A DNA stretch of 64,000 nt from Bacteroidota bacterium (GCA_029265715.1 JAJUGZ010000003.1:10322-74321), one strand, 5' to 3'. Shown: positions 7,974 through 17,785, counted from the first letter of the stretch. Notes: generated by a model from the sequence alone, not told the origin. Program-made: numbers and translations.

Positions 7974-9131
7974 TTATTGTTCGAGTGACGACCGGTTAGC
8001 CAGGTAACCTCTCCATTTTTCAAGAGCTGCTTTCATGTCCTCCGGAAGTTCTGATTCAAATACCATCTGCTCTCCGGTTGTAGGGTGTTCAAAACCAAGC
8101 ATCTGTGCATGCAGTGCCTGTCGGGGAAGTATCTCAAAACAATTGGCTACAAACTGTTTGTATTTACTGAAGGTAGTTCCGCGCAAAATCTGGTCGCCTC
8201 CGTATACATCATCGTTAAACAGGGGGTGCCCGATGTATTTCATGTGTACGCGGATCTGGTGGGTGCGGCCGGTTTCGAGGTGGCATTCAACCAGATTAAC
8301 ATAGCCAAGACGTTCGATCACCTTATAATGAGTTACGGCGTGTTTTCCCGACCCGCCATCGGGGAAAACAGTGAAGACCTGTCGGTTCTTGGGGCTTCTT
8401 CCAATATGGCCGATAATGGTCCCTTCGTCGTTATCCAGATCTCCCCAGACTAAAGCGACATAGCGGCGCTTGGTTGTTTTCTCAAAAAATTGAAGTGCCA
8501 GTTTGTTCTTTGCCAGCTCGGTTTTGGCAACAACCAGTAACCCCGAGGTATTTTTATCGATGCGGTGTACCAGTCCGGGACGGGGATCGTTGCTGTTAAA
8601 CAACGGCAGATCTTTGAAGTGGTAGGCCAGCGCATTGACCAGCGTTCCGGTATAGTTTCCATGGCCCGGGTGTACAACCAACCCAGCCGGTTTGTTAATG
8701 ACAATCAGCTGGTCGTCTTCGTAAACAATGTTCAACGGGATGTTTTCGGCAATGATTTTTAGTTCGCGCCGCGGATAATCCATTACTACCACCACAACAT
8801 CGCCTGGCTTTACTTTATAGTTCGATTTTACCGGCTGGCCGTTTACCAGAATATTGCCCGCTTCGGCTGCTGCCTGGACACGGCTGCGGGATGCATTGTC
8901 GAGCCGGTTTGCCAGGAACTTATCGACACGCAGCGGCTTTTGTCCCGGATCGGCTACCACTTTGTGGTGTTCGTACAACCCATTTTCGTCGCTGTCTTCC
9001 GATTCTTCGTCATCCAGTTCTTCGTCTGCGTCCGGGTCATAATTGCGATTGTGAGGGATGTTGTGATTTGTTTGTTCATCCCTCTTATTTTGCTCCTGAT
9101 TTTCCGGAGATATGTGAGCTGTCTCGGTCAT
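7974..9131 (-). CDS. rluD: RluA-family 23S rRNA pseudouridine synthase with S4 domain
   Basis: RVDKFL S4 domain, INKPAGLVVHP, HRIDKNTSGLL, GRTHQIRVH; acidic N-terminal extension. Confidence 0.93.
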   Translation of the reverse strand: MTETAHISPENQEQNKRDEQTNHNIPHNRNYDPDADEELDDEESEDSDENGLYEHHKVVADPGQKPLRVDKFLANRLDNASRSRVQAAAEAGNILVNGQPVKSNYKVKPGDVVVVVMDYPRRELKIIAENIPLNIVYEDDQLIVINKPAGLVVHPGHGNYTGTLVNALAYHFKDLPLFNSNDPRPGLVHRIDKNTSGLLVVAKTELAKNKLALQFFEKTTKRRYVALVWGDLDNDEGTIIGHIGRSPKNRQVFTVFPDGGSGKHAVTHYKVIERLGYVNLVECHLETGRTHQIRVHMKYIGHPLFNDDVYGGDQILRGTTFSKYKQFVANCFEILPRQALHAQMLGFEHPTTGEQMVFESELPEDMKAALEKWRGYLANRSSLEQ

Positions 9132-9940
9132 TAAAAAATGTCGTTTTCAGTTGAGTCTGCGTTCTGGATAGTCGTCTTTCCGAGCCAGATGTCGATTGAA
9201 GCGCCTGGTTCCATGCGAAACTGGCTGTTAGCTTCGGGCATTTGTTTCCATACGGTGGCATCGATGCTGTCGTAGTGGGTCCGGACTGTTTGGTCAAAAA
9301 TTACCGAGCCCACATTTAGCATGGCATCTCCCAGGGTCAGGCGGGCCTCTTTCAGGGTAAGCCCGGTTAAATCGGGTACTGTGCCAATTGCTCCGTTGCC
9401 TGTTTGTCCAATGGTTAAATCGACTATGCTTCCTTTAGCGATCAGGGTTCCGGGGGCGATGGTCGTCCCGTTCACTTTCTGATCGAGTACCAGATTTTCA
9501 TATTCCGAAGCCACGTATTCTACTTCGCCAATTGCTAGCCCTGCTGTTTCGAGCATATTGACAGCTTGTCGGAAAGAAATATCGGTGAGCCGGGGCATTG
9601 GTATTTTTTCCGGATTTATGGCACAGAGCGTTATGAATACTGTTCGGTTTTCTTTTACGTGGTACCCGGGGCGGGGAATCTGATCGACCACGGTTCCCGG
9701 TTCGATCCCGGCTGAAAAAATCGAATCGGTGATTTGATATTTTAAGTCGAGGTCGTCCAGGATACGGGCAATTTCTGATTCGGATTTGCCGCGCAAATCA
9801 GGGATGGCAATGGATTCGCCATGATGCGTATAAACTTTCAGTATCAGGTTGGTCGAAAACAGGAGTGCGATGGTTATACCGACCGCTAGTGAAACATGTT
9901 TCCAGAAAAGTTTGGTCTTCAAAAATGCTTTTAGGCTCAT
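9131..9940 (-). CDS. membrane-anchored protein with three PASTA domains
   Basis: One N-terminal TM helix, then PDLRG, PRLTD and PDLTG PASTA starts; no kinase domain; coupled to rluD. Confidence 0.88.
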   Translation of the reverse strand: MSLKAFLKTKLFWKHVSLAVGITIALLFSTNLILKVYTHHGESIAIPDLRGKSESEIARILDDLDLKYQITDSIFSAGIEPGTVVDQIPRPGYHVKENRTVFITLCAINPEKIPMPRLTDISFRQAVNMLETAGLAIGEVEYVASEYENLVLDQKVNGTTIAPGTLIAKGSIVDLTIGQTGNGAIGTVPDLTGLTLKEARLTLGDAMLNVGSVIFDQTVRTHYDSIDATVWKQMPEANSQFRMEPGASIDIWLGKTTIQNADSTENDIF

Positions 9941-9968
9941 TGTCTGGTGTAATGCTTTTTGATCAAAA

Positions 9969-9976
9969 CAAAAGTA
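9969..9976 (-). promoter_or_regulatory. -7 promoter element of the PASTA-rluD operon
   Basis: TACTTTTG on the minus strand. Confidence 0.55.
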
Positions 9977-10027
9977 GTTGAATTTTTAGTATGTCGATGG
10001 ATATAAAAAATCGAACCTCTGATAAAA

Positions 10028-10062
10028 CAAAAAGGTAAAGAACACTGGTTCTTTACCTTTTG
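10028..10062 (-). terminator. intrinsic terminator of rpmH
   Basis: AAAAGGTAAAGAAC-ACTG-GTTCTTTACCTTTT perfect hairpin. Confidence 0.85.
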
Positions 10063-10088
10063 TATGTCTTTTTGAAAAAGAAAACCGA

Positions 10089-10247
10089 TTAACGTTTGTG
10101 GCGGGGTTCGTCAGAAACTGTTAATTTTTTGCGGCCTTTGGCACGACGTGCTTTCAACACTTTGCGACCGTTGGCAGTAGCCATTCTTTCACGGAAGCCG
10201 TGTTTGTTCCTTCTTTTTCTGTTCGATGGTTGAAATGTCCTTTTCAT
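10089..10247 (-). CDS. rpmH: 50S ribosomal protein L34 (absent from the supplied ORF track)
   Basis: Manual translation [52 protein letters not shown]. Confidence 0.98.
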   Translation of the reverse strand: MKRTFQPSNRKRRNKHGFRERMATANGRKVLKARRAKGRKKLTVSDEPRHKR

Positions 10248-10291
10248 CGGTCAATATTTTAGTTTATTATTTTCTCCTTAAATTCGGACTG

Positions 10292-10299
10292 CAAAAATA
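10292..10299 (-). promoter_or_regulatory. -7 promoter element of rpmH
   Basis: TATTTTTG on the minus strand. Confidence 0.6.
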
Positions 10300-10339
10300 A
10301 ATCTTTTTTATTACGCTCCAAAATATTGAGACTTTTATT

Positions 10340-10969
10340 TCATGCGTTTTTCAATGCTAAATGAATCAGCTTTTTAGTCTCAAAAAAATCCTCTTCAAAA
10401 TATTCCTGAAGCGGATAAATCCGGATACGGTCGCCGAAATTTTTAGTTTCGCTTTCAAAATCGCCGCCTTTTAAGTATAAGATGCCGTTGTTCAGGGCAT
10501 TGTGGTTTTTATCGGATATTTTGGTGCGTACAAGGGCTACAAACTGTGGGAATGCAGTGACGGCGCGGCTTACGATAAAGTCGAATTTCTGGTTGACCTG
10601 TTCGGCCCGTTTTTGTTCGGCTTTCACATTTTTTAGCCCGAGTTCACGGGCAACTTCTTCGACCACTTTTATTTTTTTTGCAATTGAATCGACCAAATAA
10701 AATGAGCACTCCGGGAACATAATGGCCAGTGGAATCCCCGGGAATCCACCTCCCGTGCCAACATCCATGATGGAGGTCCCGGCTGTAAACTGTATGAGTT
10801 TGGCTATGCCCAATGAATGGAGTACGTGCCGTTCGTAAAGTTGATCAATATCTTTACGCGAAATTACGTTAATCTTTTCGTTCCATTCCTGATAAAGCGG
10901 GCCAAGCTTTTCAAAACGGCTGTACTGCTGATCGGTCAGATCAGGAAAATATTTTCGGATAATTTCCAT
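10340..10969 (-). CDS. rsmG: 16S rRNA m7G527 methyltransferase
   Basis: WNEKINVISRKD, HVLHSL, DVGTGGGFPGIPLAI, SRAV, LKGG. Confidence 0.96.
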   Translation of the reverse strand: MEIIRKYFPDLTDQQYSRFEKLGPLYQEWNEKINVISRKDIDQLYERHVLHSLGIAKLIQFTAGTSIMDVGTGGGFPGIPLAIMFPECSFYLVDSIAKKIKVVEEVARELGLKNVKAEQKRAEQVNQKFDFIVSRAVTAFPQFVALVRTKISDKNHNALNNGILYLKGGDFESETKNFGDRIRIYPLQEYFEEDFFETKKLIHLALKNA

Positions 10970-11040
10970 GCCATAATTGTCGAAAAAGTGGGCTGCAAAA
11001 ATAGCAGAATAAATTCGTTACAGAAATAATGTTGGCGAGG

Positions 11041-11652
11041 CTATTCCTGATCGCCCATTTCGGTCGATTCAATCATTTTGAACAGCATTTCACGGGCCCT
11101 GAACAACTGGGCCTTTACGGTGCCGAGCGGCAGGTTAAGCTCTTTGGCAATTTCTTCGTACGAGTATTCCCTGAAATACCGGAGCTCTACCAGGTTTCGG
11201 TAACGTGGTTTCAATGTCCGTACAATTTTCCGGAGCAAAATGGCTTTTTGGATACGGATCATTTTTTCTTCCGGATCAGGATCGCCTGATTTTAACTTGA
11301 TGGGCGGCTCATTATCGGTGTTTTCCTGATTGTTATTTTCGATGGGAACTAATACGCCTCGTCGTTTTCTCAGAAAATCGATGCAATTGTTTGATGCAAT
11401 TTTAAACAACCACGTGCTGAAGGCATAGTTGGGCGAGTATTGGTGCAGGTTTTTAAAGGCTTTGCCAAATGCTTCGATGGTCAGGTCCTCAGCATCGTTC
11501 TTGTTGTTTACCATTTTCAGGAGCATAAAATAAATGGCATCCTTGTAGCGGCTCATCAATTTGGCAAAAGCTTTTTCGTCGCCTTGAAGGGCTGATTCCA
11601 CCAGATGGTAGTCAAACACTGCCTTGTCTGACAGTTGAGGGTTTAATTCCAT
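11041..11652 (-). CDS. ECF RNA polymerase sigma factor
   Basis: DAEDLTIEAFGKAF, FSTWLFKIASN region 2; SYEEIAKELNLPLGTVKAQLFRAR region 4. Start ATG 11652 overlaps the upstream stop. Confidence 0.93.
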   Translation of the reverse strand: MELNPQLSDKAVFDYHLVESALQGDEKAFAKLMSRYKDAIYFMLLKMVNNKNDAEDLTIEAFGKAFKNLHQYSPNYAFSTWLFKIASNNCIDFLRKRRGVLVPIENNNQENTDNEPPIKLKSGDPDPEEKMIRIQKAILLRKIVRTLKPRYRNLVELRYFREYSYEEIAKELNLPLGTVKAQLFRAREMLFKMIESTEMGDQE

Positions 11653-12779
11653 CTGTTCCTTCGAATTGTTAACCGCATCGACCATAAAAACCACGTATTA
11701 ATTAGAGGCTTGAACAATGTGTATACTAACGAAGATAGGAATATTTTCCGTTCATTCAAACGGCTGGTCGTTTTTTTAACAATAATACAGAAGAGGATTG
11801 TATAAATAAGTGCAATTGATGAGTACCAGACCCAGTATTCGAGACGGAAGAATAGCAAAACGCCTAACATGGCATAGAAAAACAGGCGCGAGTATTCATC
11901 GGTCATCATCAGGAACCGTTTCCCAAACGATAAATTTTTCCTGATTTTCAGTCCTTTCTTGATCAGTTCGCGAACCATTTCTCCGGTTACCTCAACTTGT
12001 TCCCTGAGTGTATTTTCGGGCGAAATAGCCAGTTTGGTCCGGCCTTTTTTGAACCGGTCGTTAAATACGAGTTCGAGGTTGGCGAAATTTTTGTTGATCT
12101 TATGCCGAAATCCGGGGCCATCAAAATAAAGTTCTTTTCGGAAAAGGATATTGTTTTCGTGATAAACAAATGGAAGCCCGTTTAAAATGAATGTTGCACT
12201 AGAGCTAAATTGCAGAAAGTGCTCAATTCGGTAAATTTTGTTCCGGAAGCCTTTCCGCGGAATGATGTTGGAGTAACCCACAACGGCATCGGTTTGCTGG
12301 TCGATATACCGGTTGAAATGGCTCAGCCAGGTTCCCGGAATTGTTTCAGATTCTTGGTTGATCCGTAGGACCCAGTTCGAGTTTGCACCCTTCAACCCAA
12401 TGTTGATGGCCAGTTTTTCGGAATACCGGGTTTCCTGGCTCAGGCTCGAAAATTTAAGTTTGTTGTACGTTTTAGCTAAAACGCCAAGGATGGTCAAGGT
12501 ATCGTCCAATGAATAATCATCGACAACAACGGCCTCAAATGCCGAATAGTCTTGCCCGAATATTTTCTCAAGGATGCTTTTTATACGGCCTTCTTCATTA
12601 CGCAGTGGCAGAAGTACCGAAATTTGGTTCTCGGGAGCATTCTCCTGACATTTTTTTAGCCGGATTAACTTCAGCGAAAACCCAAATATGAATATTAGTT
12701 GGATAATAAACAGCAGTATGAAAACCGAAAACAAGGCGATATCGAGAGCTGTCAGCGAATAGAAATCAATCATTTTCAC
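11643..12779 (-). CDS. GT2-fold membrane protein with degenerate catalytic motifs
   Basis: SVLLPLRNEE...VVVDDYSLDDT N-terminal GT2 motif and C-terminal TM helices, but no DxD or DDD motif. Confidence 0.8.
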   Translation of the reverse strand: MKMIDFYSLTALDIALFSVFILLFIIQLIFIFGFSLKLIRLKKCQENAPENQISVLLPLRNEEGRIKSILEKIFGQDYSAFEAVVVDDYSLDDTLTILGVLAKTYNKLKFSSLSQETRYSEKLAINIGLKGANSNWVLRINQESETIPGTWLSHFNRYIDQQTDAVVGYSNIIPRKGFRNKIYRIEHFLQFSSSATFILNGLPFVYHENNILFRKELYFDGPGFRHKINKNFANLELVFNDRFKKGRTKLAISPENTLREQVEVTGEMVRELIKKGLKIRKNLSFGKRFLMMTDEYSRLFFYAMLGVLLFFRLEYWVWYSSIALIYTILFCIIVKKTTSRLNERKIFLSSLVYTLFKPLINTWFLWSMRLTIRRNRWN

Positions 12780-12795
12780 GATGCAAAATTTGTTG

Positions 12796-12803
12796 CAAAT
12801 TTA
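12796..12803 (-). promoter_or_regulatory. -7 promoter element of the GT2-ECF operon
   Basis: TAAATTTG on the minus strand. Confidence 0.5.
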
Positions 12804-12893
12804 GTAATCCAAGTTGAGTTGTCAATTTTAATTTTTAATGATAATTAACAATAAGCCGAAAGGTTCTATTTCAGGTAGTTTAAGTTTTATAAC

Positions 12894-12901
12894 TATCTTT
12901 G
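12894..12901 (+). promoter_or_regulatory. -7 promoter element of tgt
   Basis: TATCTTTG 19 nt before the ATG. Confidence 0.6.
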
Positions 12902-12920
12902 GGCACTCAAAAAAAATTGG

Positions 12921-14051
12921 ATGCAATTTGAACTGAAACATAAAGCTAATCAAAGCAAGGCGCGGGCCGGGCTGCTTTCGACCGATCACGGAGTTATTGA
13001 GACTCCGATTTTTATGCCTGTCGGGACTGCCGGCTCGGTGAAGGGAATTCACAAAAAAGATCTGAAAGAAGACATTCAGGCCCAGATTATTTTGGGGAAC
13101 ACCTATCATTTGTATTTGCGCCCGGGAACGTCGATCATTGAACAGGCTGGAGGGCTTCATCGGTTCAATGGATGGGATGGTCCGATTTTGACGGATAGCG
13201 GCGGGTACCAGGTTTTTTCGTTGGGCGATATTCGCAAGTTGTCGGAAGAAGGTGCCCGGTTTCAGTCGCATATCGATGGTTCGTATCACCTGTTTACTCC
13301 GGAGAGTGTCATGGATGTTCAGCGGACGATTGGCGCTGATATCATGATGGCTTTTGACGAGTGCACGCCGGGCGATGCCGATTTTGCCTATGCAAAAAAA
13401 TCGCTGGAACTAACTCAGCGCTGGCTGGCCCGGTGCTTTAACCAGTTTGAGAAAACGACGCCTAAATACGGATACGGGCAATCGTTGTTCCCGATCGTTC
13501 AGGGGGGCGTTTATCCGGCCTTGCGGGCCAAAGCTGCCCAAGATGTGTTGCAATATAACAGCGACGGGTATGCGATTGGCGGTTTGTCGGTTGGCGAACC
13601 CGAGGCCGATATGTATGCAATGATTGAGGTGGTTAATGAGATTCTGCCGGAAAATCGGCCCCGTTATTTAATGGGAGTTGGAACGCCCGTAAACATCCTG
13701 GAAGGGATTGACCGGGGCATCGATATGTTCGACTGTGTGATGCCCACCCGAAATGGCAGGAACGGGATGCTTTTTACACAAAAGGGAATTATCAACATCC
13801 GAAATAAAAAATGGGCCGACGATTTTACTCCGGTTGATCCGGATGGGACTTCGTTTGTCGATCATCAGTATAGTCGTGCATTTTTACGGCATCTGGTCAT
13901 TTCGGGCGAAATGCTGGGGGCTCAGATTGCCAGTCAACATAACCTGGCGTTTTATTTGTGGCTGGTAAAAGAGGCTCGCAGGCAAATTCTGAATAATACT
14001 TTCCGCGAGTGGAAAGATCAGATGGTAAAACAATTGTCGGTTCGATTATAA
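12921..14051 (+). CDS. tgt: tRNA-guanine transglycosylase
   Basis: ETPIFMPVGT, NTYHLYLRPG, TDSGGYQVFSL, PRYLMGVG, DMFDCVMPTRNGRNG. Confidence 0.97.
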   Translation: MQFELKHKANQSKARAGLLSTDHGVIETPIFMPVGTAGSVKGIHKKDLKEDIQAQIILGNTYHLYLRPGTSIIEQAGGLHRFNGWDGPILTDSGGYQVFSLGDIRKLSEEGARFQSHIDGSYHLFTPESVMDVQRTIGADIMMAFDECTPGDADFAYAKKSLELTQRWLARCFNQFEKTTPKYGYGQSLFPIVQGGVYPALRAKAAQDVLQYNSDGYAIGGLSVGEPEADMYAMIEVVNEILPENRPRYLMGVGTPVNILEGIDRGIDMFDCVMPTRNGRNGMLFTQKGIINIRNKKWADDFTPVDPDGTSFVDHQYSRAFLRHLVISGEMLGAQIASQHNLAFYLWLVKEARRQILNNTFREWKDQMVKQLSVRL

Positions 14052-14060
14052 TACAAATAC

Positions 14061-15137
14061 ATGCTTCGGAAGATCGATTTTTATATTATCCGGAAATTTC
14101 TTGGTACGTTTTTCTATGCCATTGCTCTGATCATCAGTATTTCCATCGTGTTTGATGTGTCGGAGAACCTGGATGAGTTCTTATCGAAGGACATACCGAC
14201 CAAAAACATCATTTTTGATTATTACTTCAATTTTATACCATATTTCGCAAACCTTTTTAGCGCGCTGTTTACGTTTATCGCGGTAATTTATTTCACCTCG
14301 AAGATGGCCTATCAAACCGAGATCATCGCGATCCTGAGCAGCGGTGTTTCGTTCCGGAGATTGATGCGGCCCTACTTAGTATCAGCGGCCATTATTGCTT
14401 TGTTCTCGTACGTGTTGGGTAATTACGTAATTCCCCCCGCCAATAAGAAGAAAGAGCAATTCAGAAGTACTTACATTAATACGAAAGTGCAGGGGCCTGA
14501 GAATAACATTCACAGACAACTGGAACCAGGGGTATATATTTACATGCGGAGTTATAATGCCGCCAACGACGTAGGGTACAATTTCACAATTGAGAAATTT
14601 GAGGAACAGAAGTTGGTGTCTAAGCTTTCAGCGGAATACATCAAGTGGGACCGTGAGAATAAAAAGTGGGTCGTTCACAATTACAACATCCGGAATATTG
14701 ACGGGTACAAGGAAACCATCGTTCAGGGAGAATCGCGCGATACCTTGCTGAATATGTTGCCTGAAGATTACCGGGTAGAGCGTAATGTGACCGAAACAAT
14801 GACTCTGCCACAACTGAACAAGAGCATTAAAGATCTCCGGTTGCGGGGGGTCAGCACTATTGAATACGAGGTTGAAAAGCATAAACGGCGCTCCGGCCCA
14901 TTTTCGGCTTTTATCCTGACAATTGTTGGCGTGTCGCTGGCTTCCCGAAAAGTGAAAGGTGGCATTGGCCTTCATCTGGGATTTGGCTTGCTCATTAGTT
15001 TTTCCTACATCATGTTTATGCAGGTGACCACTGTTTTTGCCGATTCGGGAGCATTGCCTCCCTGGTTGGCCATGTGGATCCCCAATATTCTTTTTGGAGG
15101 GCTTGCCTTCTATCTGTACCGCTGGGCTGCCAGGTAA
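14061..15137 (+). CDS. LptF/LptG-family LPS export permease
   Basis: 3+3 TM layout, TEIIAILSSGVS motif, WLAMWIPN C-terminus. Confidence 0.9.
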   Translation: MLRKIDFYIIRKFLGTFFYAIALIISISIVFDVSENLDEFLSKDIPTKNIIFDYYFNFIPYFANLFSALFTFIAVIYFTSKMAYQTEIIAILSSGVSFRRLMRPYLVSAAIIALFSYVLGNYVIPPANKKKEQFRSTYINTKVQGPENNIHRQLEPGVYIYMRSYNAANDVGYNFTIEKFEEQKLVSKLSAEYIKWDRENKKWVVHNYNIRNIDGYKETIVQGESRDTLLNMLPEDYRVERNVTETMTLPQLNKSIKDLRLRGVSTIEYEVEKHKRRSGPFSAFILTIVGVSLASRKVKGGIGLHLGFGLLISFSYIMFMQVTTVFADSGALPPWLAMWIPNILFGGLAFYLYRWAAR

Positions 15138-15347
15138 CCGTTTAGATCCTGTTTTTACAGAAAAAACAATCGTTTTCAAGATCGTTTTTAGTCTTAAATC
15201 CTTGTTGAATGTGTGGTTACGGCTTGTTTTTCTGTTTGTCTAAAAATTCAAACTCAGAATAAAATAATTCAAAAACAAATCTGCAAGACTTTATTGCCAC
15301 ATTTGAAACAAATGTTTTATAAAACACATTCCGGTTTAAAAAAATTA

Positions 15348-15355
15348 TAATTTTG
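15348..15355 (+). promoter_or_regulatory. -7 promoter element
   Basis: TAATTTTG upstream of the carboxyltransferase gene. Confidence 0.5.
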
Positions 15356-15442
15356 ACCCGTCAAAAAAGACCTAAAAGCTTATTTGACAAGAAAAATCCG
15401 GAAACTCCGGAGCTATCTTTATTACAAACAAAAACAATTTCT

Positions 15443-16987
15443 ATGTCACTGAAAAGAAATATTCTTGACCTTCGGAAACGGAAAAGTGAAGTTCTCAAAG
15501 GTGGGGGTGATAAAGCCATCGAGAAACAAGTTGAGATGGGGAAAATGACCGCCCGGGATCGTATTCTTTCGATTGTTGATGAAGGATCGTTTCATGAATA
15601 CGATATGTTTGTTGAACACGTTGCCCGCGATTTCGATATGGACAAAAAAGTCCTTCATGGCGATGGTGTTATTATTGGTACTGCAACCATCTATGGTTCG
15701 CCGGTATGTTTGTTTGCCCAGGACTTTACTGTTGCCGGTGGTTCATTGGGGTTGATGCATGCCCGTAAGATCACCAAAATCATGGACCACTCGTTGAAAA
15801 TGCGTGTCCCATTGATCGGTATCAACGACTCAGGTGGCGCCCGTATTCAGGAAGGTGTTGATTCATTGGCTGGTTACGGCGAAATCTTCTTCCGCAATAC
15901 ACTCGCTTCAGGAGTTATTCCGCAGTTGTCGGTCATCCTGGGCCCTTGTGCCGGCGGCGCTGTTTATTCGCCAGCTTTGACCGACTTTGTTTTTGTAGTC
16001 GATAATATTTCAAAAATGTTCATCACCGGCCCTGGTGTAATCAAAACCGTACTGGGAGAAGAAATCTCGATGGAAGAACTGGGCGGCGCTAAAGTTCATG
16101 CTGAAGTTACCGGGAATGCCCATTTTTATGCTGCGAGCGAAAAAGAATGCTTCGAGCAAATTAAAAAGCTGATTACCTATATACCTTGGAACAATACCCA
16201 GAAAGCCCGCCGGTTCGAGCCGAAAGAGCCTACTGTAAAAACCAAGATCGAAGAGATTGTTCCTGCCGATCCCAAACAGCCATACGATATCCGCGATATT
16301 ATCAAATCGATCACTGATGGGTCTGAATTCTTCGAAATCATGGAGCATTTTGCCCCGAACATCGTGATTGGCTTTGGCCGTATGAACGGCGATACCGTTG
16401 GGTTTGTGGCAAATCAGCCTAAGTATCTGGCTGGCGTGCTCGATTGCGACAGCTCGGATAAGGCCGCTCGTTTCATCCGTTATTGCGACGCGTTCAACAT
16501 CCCGATCATTACATTGGAAGACCTTCCGGGATATTTGCCGGGGGTTGATCAGGAACATGCCGGCGTTATCCGTCATGGAGCAAAAATCCTGTATGCCTAT
16601 TCCGAAGCTACAGTTCCGAAAATTACTGTTATCATCCGAAAAGCTTACGGTGGGGGTTACATTGCGATGAACTCGCGCCACCTGCGTGCAGACTTTGTAT
16701 TTGCATGGCCAACTGCCGAAATTGCAGTGATGGGGCCTGAAGGTGCAGCAAACATCGTATTCCGCAAAGAAATCGATGAAGCTGAAAATCCGGAAGCAAT
16801 GCGTCAGCAAAAAATTCAGGAATACAAAGACAAATTTGCCAATCCGTATGTGGCTGCGGCCCGTGGTTATATCGATGAGATCATCGAACCTCAGGATACT
16901 CGCCGTTTGTTACTGCATGCATTGCAAGTTTCAGCAAACAAAGCGATTTCCGGACCAAACAAAAAACACGGAATTCCACCATTTTAA
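15443..16987 (+). CDS. acyl-CoA carboxylase/decarboxylase carboxyltransferase subunit (PccB/MmdA type)
   Basis: QDFTVAGGSLG, DSGGARIQEG, GPCAGGAVYSPALTD, RKAYGGGY, KKHGIPPF. Start ATG 15443. Confidence 0.93.
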   Translation: MSLKRNILDLRKRKSEVLKGGGDKAIEKQVEMGKMTARDRILSIVDEGSFHEYDMFVEHVARDFDMDKKVLHGDGVIIGTATIYGSPVCLFAQDFTVAGGSLGLMHARKITKIMDHSLKMRVPLIGINDSGGARIQEGVDSLAGYGEIFFRNTLASGVIPQLSVILGPCAGGAVYSPALTDFVFVVDNISKMFITGPGVIKTVLGEEISMEELGGAKVHAEVTGNAHFYAASEKECFEQIKKLITYIPWNNTQKARRFEPKEPTVKTKIEEIVPADPKQPYDIRDIIKSITDGSEFFEIMEHFAPNIVIGFGRMNGDTVGFVANQPKYLAGVLDCDSSDKAARFIRYCDAFNIPIITLEDLPGYLPGVDQEHAGVIRHGAKILYAYSEATVPKITVIIRKAYGGGYIAMNSRHLRADFVFAWPTAEIAVMGPEGAANIVFRKEIDEAENPEAMRQQKIQEYKDKFANPYVAAARGYIDEIIEPQDTRRLLLHALQVSANKAISGPNKKHGIPPF

Positions 16988-17004
16988 ACGGAGGAGGCAA
17001 CGTT

Positions 17005-17331
17005 ATGACAGAACAACAGGAAAATTTGCAGACGCTGATCGTTCACAGCGCCAAATACAAAACCAATTACACGAAAAAGTACCTGAACCGCAAGAAATGG
17101 GAACCCGTTAACCCGAATCACCTGATTTCGTTTATCCCGGGGACTGTTTTGGACGTTTTGGTGAAAGAAGGCGACAAGGTGAAAGCCGGGCAAAACCTGA
17201 TGATCCTTGAAGCTATGAAAATGCACAACCAGGTTTTGATGCCCTTCGATGGAGAAATTGTGAAAGTCAATGTCGAGGTCGGGGCAAAAATTCCGAAGAA
17301 CTTTTTGATGATGGAGATACGGCCAATCTGA
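17005..17331 (+). CDS. biotin carboxyl carrier protein
   Basis: EAMKM biotinylation motif; IPGTVLDVLVKEGDKV. Confidence 0.92.
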   Translation: MTEQQENLQTLIVHSAKYKTNYTKKYLNRKKWEPVNPNHLISFIPGTVLDVLVKEGDKVKAGQNLMILEAMKMHNQVLMPFDGEIVKVNVEVGAKIPKNFLMMEIRPI

Positions 17332-17343
17332 GAAAGATACGAG

Positions 17344-17370
17344 AAAGCGGGCGGGAACGTCCGCTTTTTT
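17344..17370 (+). terminator. intrinsic terminator
   Basis: AAAGCGGGCG-GGAA-CGTCCGCTTT plus T tract. Confidence 0.8.
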
Positions 17371-17374
17371 CTTT

Positions 17375-17382
17375 TAAATTTG
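17375..17382 (+). promoter_or_regulatory. -7 element, probably giving a leaderless paaI-like mRNA
   Basis: TAAATTTG ends 4 nt before ATG 17387, same spacing as at ispE. Confidence 0.55.
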
Positions 17383-17386
17383 AACT

Positions 17387-17785
17387 ATGATGATACCTGA
17401 AAAACTGGCAACCATGCTGGCCAACGATCGTTTCGCCAATCTCTCCGGAATCCGGTTGATTTCGGCCGGAGAGGGGAAAGCCGTGGCCGAGCTTGAAATT
17501 GCCGATCAACATTTGAATGGCGTAAACATTATCCAGGGCGGTGCAATATTTACACTTGCTGATTTTACGTTTGCTGCGGCTTCCAATTCAAGAGGCCGGA
17601 TTGCTGTTGCGACCAATGCAACCATTTCGTTCCTGAAAGGAATTTCAGGAGGAAAACTAAAGGCTGTTGCTTCCGAAATCAGGGCCGGTAAAACAATCGG
17701 AAATTATGTGGTCGAGGTCTTTGATGAACATGAGAACCTCGTTGCCCATTTTACCGGTACGGCCTTTATTAAAGGCACGTATTAG
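17387..17785 (+). CDS. PaaI-family hotdog thioesterase
   Basis: HLNGVNIIQGGAIFTLADFTFAAASN motif. Confidence 0.88.
   Translation: MMIPEKLATMLANDRFANLSGIRLISAGEGKAVAELEIADQHLNGVNIIQGGAIFTLADFTFAAASNSRGRIAVATNATISFLKGISGGKLKAVASEIRAGKTIGNYVVEVFDEHENLVAHFTGTAFIKGTY

Noticed and set aside
7974-9131. Acidic N-terminal extension of RluD as a novelty
   Set aside because: As I recall, acidic leaders ending in a LYEH motif are common in Bacteroidota RluD; not distinctive
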